DNA from: Mobula hypostoma | Lineage: Eukaryota | DNA length: 64,000 bases | NCBI RefSeq assembly: GCF_963921235.1 | Contig: NC_086097.1 | Coordinates: forward strand, 106,580,001 to 106,644,000 | Direction of reading: 5' to 3' | Shown here: positions 61,724 through 64,000 of the stretch, piece by piece | Layout of the letters: every line of letters begins with the position of its first letter | Position numbering within the stretch: the stretch's first letter is position 1 | The notes under the pieces: model-generated | The model's database searches: none | Told to the model about the DNA's origin: nothing | What the model saw: only the letters and a program-made list of their open reading frames with translations | Position numbers and translations under genes: made by a program

Positions 61724-62563
61724 TTTTCTTATAAAAGGAATATTTAAAATTTGCGATGAAAGCCTCTGTTATGTACTTACTAACACTGATGAGTTCCTGA
61801 GACAAATCCCATTCAGTGGCTCCTTGAAATAAAAACTTGCATGATGTCTGTGTATGAGCTGATAAGTAACATTCATACAAATGGCATCTTTATCAATGAA
61901 GGTCAGGCAATCTGCCTGAGATATTCAAAGATGTTAAATCCGTTGCTGGTGAATATTTACAACAATCAAAAAGTCTAGTACCTTCGCCTTGAGACCCGAT
62001 GAAGGGTATTGGTCCAAAATATTGATGGTTTATTCCTCTCCACAGATGCACTTTGACAAGTTGAGTTTGTTGTTCATTCTGTTTGGTACCTTCAAAGGCA
62101 TTGCAGCCACTAAATTTTCTGTCATCCTCACATTCAATCAATTGGTTGATTATTTCTTTCTTCCCACTTATGCTGCATGACCTACTGAGTTTCTCTAGAA
62201 TATTGTTTGTTGCTCACCTTTAACCAAAATCTCAGCTGGATCAGCCAAATAAATATGCTTCAGAGGCACAAGTGAACAGGTTAGAGGCTTCTATCCTGCA
62301 GCAGGATGTTTATCCTGATTATCAACAGCCTTTCTGCTAATCTACATAACAAGAAAGAAGTCGAAGTCTACTTGACACCATTCAGGCAAAGAAGACTACT
62401 AGACTGTAGAGTATATAATCTACAAAAACATTATAGCAATTTTCAAGACTTCTTCAAAAGTAGCTTCCAAACCTGCAAACTTACAACCTTTAGGCCACAA
62501 ACTATCTCTAACCAGTAAATAAATTATTGCTCTCTCTAAGTCACTAGTTCTAAATTCTGGAAC

Positions 62564-63000
62564 TCAGAATCAGAATCAGGTTTACTATCACCGGCACGTG
62601 TCGTGAAATTTGTTAACTTAGCAGCAGCAGTTCAATGGAATACATAACATAGAAGAAGAAGAAGAAAAAAACAATAATAATAATAATAAATAAGTCAATC
62701 AATTACAATATACAGTGTGTATATTGAATAGATTAAAATCATGCAAAAAAACAGGAATAATATACATTAAAAAAGTGAGGTAGTGTTCAGGGGTTCAAAG
62801 CCCATTTTGGATGGCAGAGGGGAAGAAGCTGTTCCTGAATCGCTGAGTGTGTGCCTTCAGGCTGATGGTAACAATGAGAAAAGGACATGCCCAGGGTGCT
62901 GGAGGTCCTTAATAATGGAAGTTGCCTTTCTGAGGCACTGCTTCTTGGAGCTGTCCTGGGTATTTTGCAGGCTAGTACCCAAGATGGCACAGGAGTATCT
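62564..63000 (-). mobile_element. Rex1/Babar-like LINE 3' fragment
   Basis: (TCAGAA)2 tail; gaagaagctgttcctgaatcgctgagtg; paralogous to 33085-33470. Confidence 0.7.
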
Positions 63001-64000
63001 TCATCACAAGGTCTGTAGCTGTTCAAGAAGGTAATTCACGAGTTCCTTCTCAAGGCAAAAAGGTTGTACATCAAAGCTGTCCATGCCTATGACACCACAT
63101 CCCATAAATTAAGAAAGTAACCGGTTGCACAGGTCCACTGGTGTGTAGCCTTCAGTTACAACCATAATGAGGAGATGCAGTCTGTGGATGGTGCAAGGAA
63201 TGGAGACTTAATGGAGGAGGACCAGGTCTGGTTAGGATGGTTCACTTACGATGCACAATAGATGTCCATACCTGTCTGTAAATGTGGCCAACATTGCACT
63301 GAAAATACAAGTGCAATGTTCTCTATTTCAACTCACCATACACATGGAGGGTATAGAACAAGTTTGGCATTTTATCTGAACCAAATAATAGGTATCTGAT
63401 CACACTTAGCAATCAGGTTTGTGCTTCTCTGCTTTTGCACTGAATACAAAAACAGTATTACTTGAAAAACTGTTTAAATCATATTGCACAATATCTCTTT
63501 ATCCTTTACAATTAATTCTAATTACAAATTGGGCTACATTTCGCTTTTCGCTTTCATCAAGCAAGGTTCTTTTATAGTCTTTCTGATACGGTGCCTGTTG
63601 CCCCAATGTGGGATGCTGTTTTATCAGGTAACAGTATGAAATGGGTGTAAAATATGTCAGGTCACCACTGCCATCTGCATTTGGTGGTAGTCCGCTGCAA
63701 TTTTCTTAAGGTGTATCCAACTCAAAGCAGTGAAAGGTCAGTGCCATCTGTGGTGCAGCTTATGCACTTGTCTCCTTTTGGATCATCCCAGTTATCATCC
63801 TGTACTTCTTTGCATTTGGATCAAGCAGTCTTTCTATTGTTGGGTGCTCTGGTTACTAGCACCTGTGATGGACTGCCTGTCATCCCTTGGTTTTGGTATT
63901 GCATTGTGAATATGATCGTGATCACTTGGCTATCTTCAGATATCCCTTGGCCTCCTTGACAGTCAATACTCTCACTTTTTAATATTCTTCAAGGTGAAGT

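Noticed and set aside
63654..63959. 101-aa ORF, and similar 60-130-aa ORFs in AT-rich unique DNA
   Set aside because: No recognisable domains or splice structure; many start at non-AUG codons; expected by chance

Overview
Non-coding, repeat-rich vertebrate genomic DNA. The repeat repertoire (CR1, Rex1/Babar-like and RTE LINEs, HE1/V-SINE-like SINEs, Penelope-like elements) suggests a cartilaginous fish, probably a ray; this is an inference. I found no confidently identifiable host exon. Main contents: a 6.4-kb 31-bp minisatellite with a 1173-bp higher-order duplication; an IR/DR Tc1 transposon split by a CR1 insertion; a nearly intact 5'-truncated CR1 (43.07-46.52 kb); a decayed near-full-length CR1 of another family (54.35-58.4 kb); a decayed Ty3/Gypsy element whose LTR+PBS(tRNA-Pro) end is inverted; and Penelope-like remnants carrying minimal hammerhead ribozymes. 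Most notable observation: both CR1 families end ORF1 with an in-phase slippery heptamer U_UUA_AAC immediately followed by the stop codon, with an identical GGGGGAUGGG motif exactly 10 nt downstream. The -1 frame runs open into an ORF2 that has no AUG before its endonuclease domain, making this a candidate programmed -1 ribosomal frameshift for LINE ORF2 expression. Repeat family names come from motif recognition, not database searches, and boundaries of old fragments are approximate.
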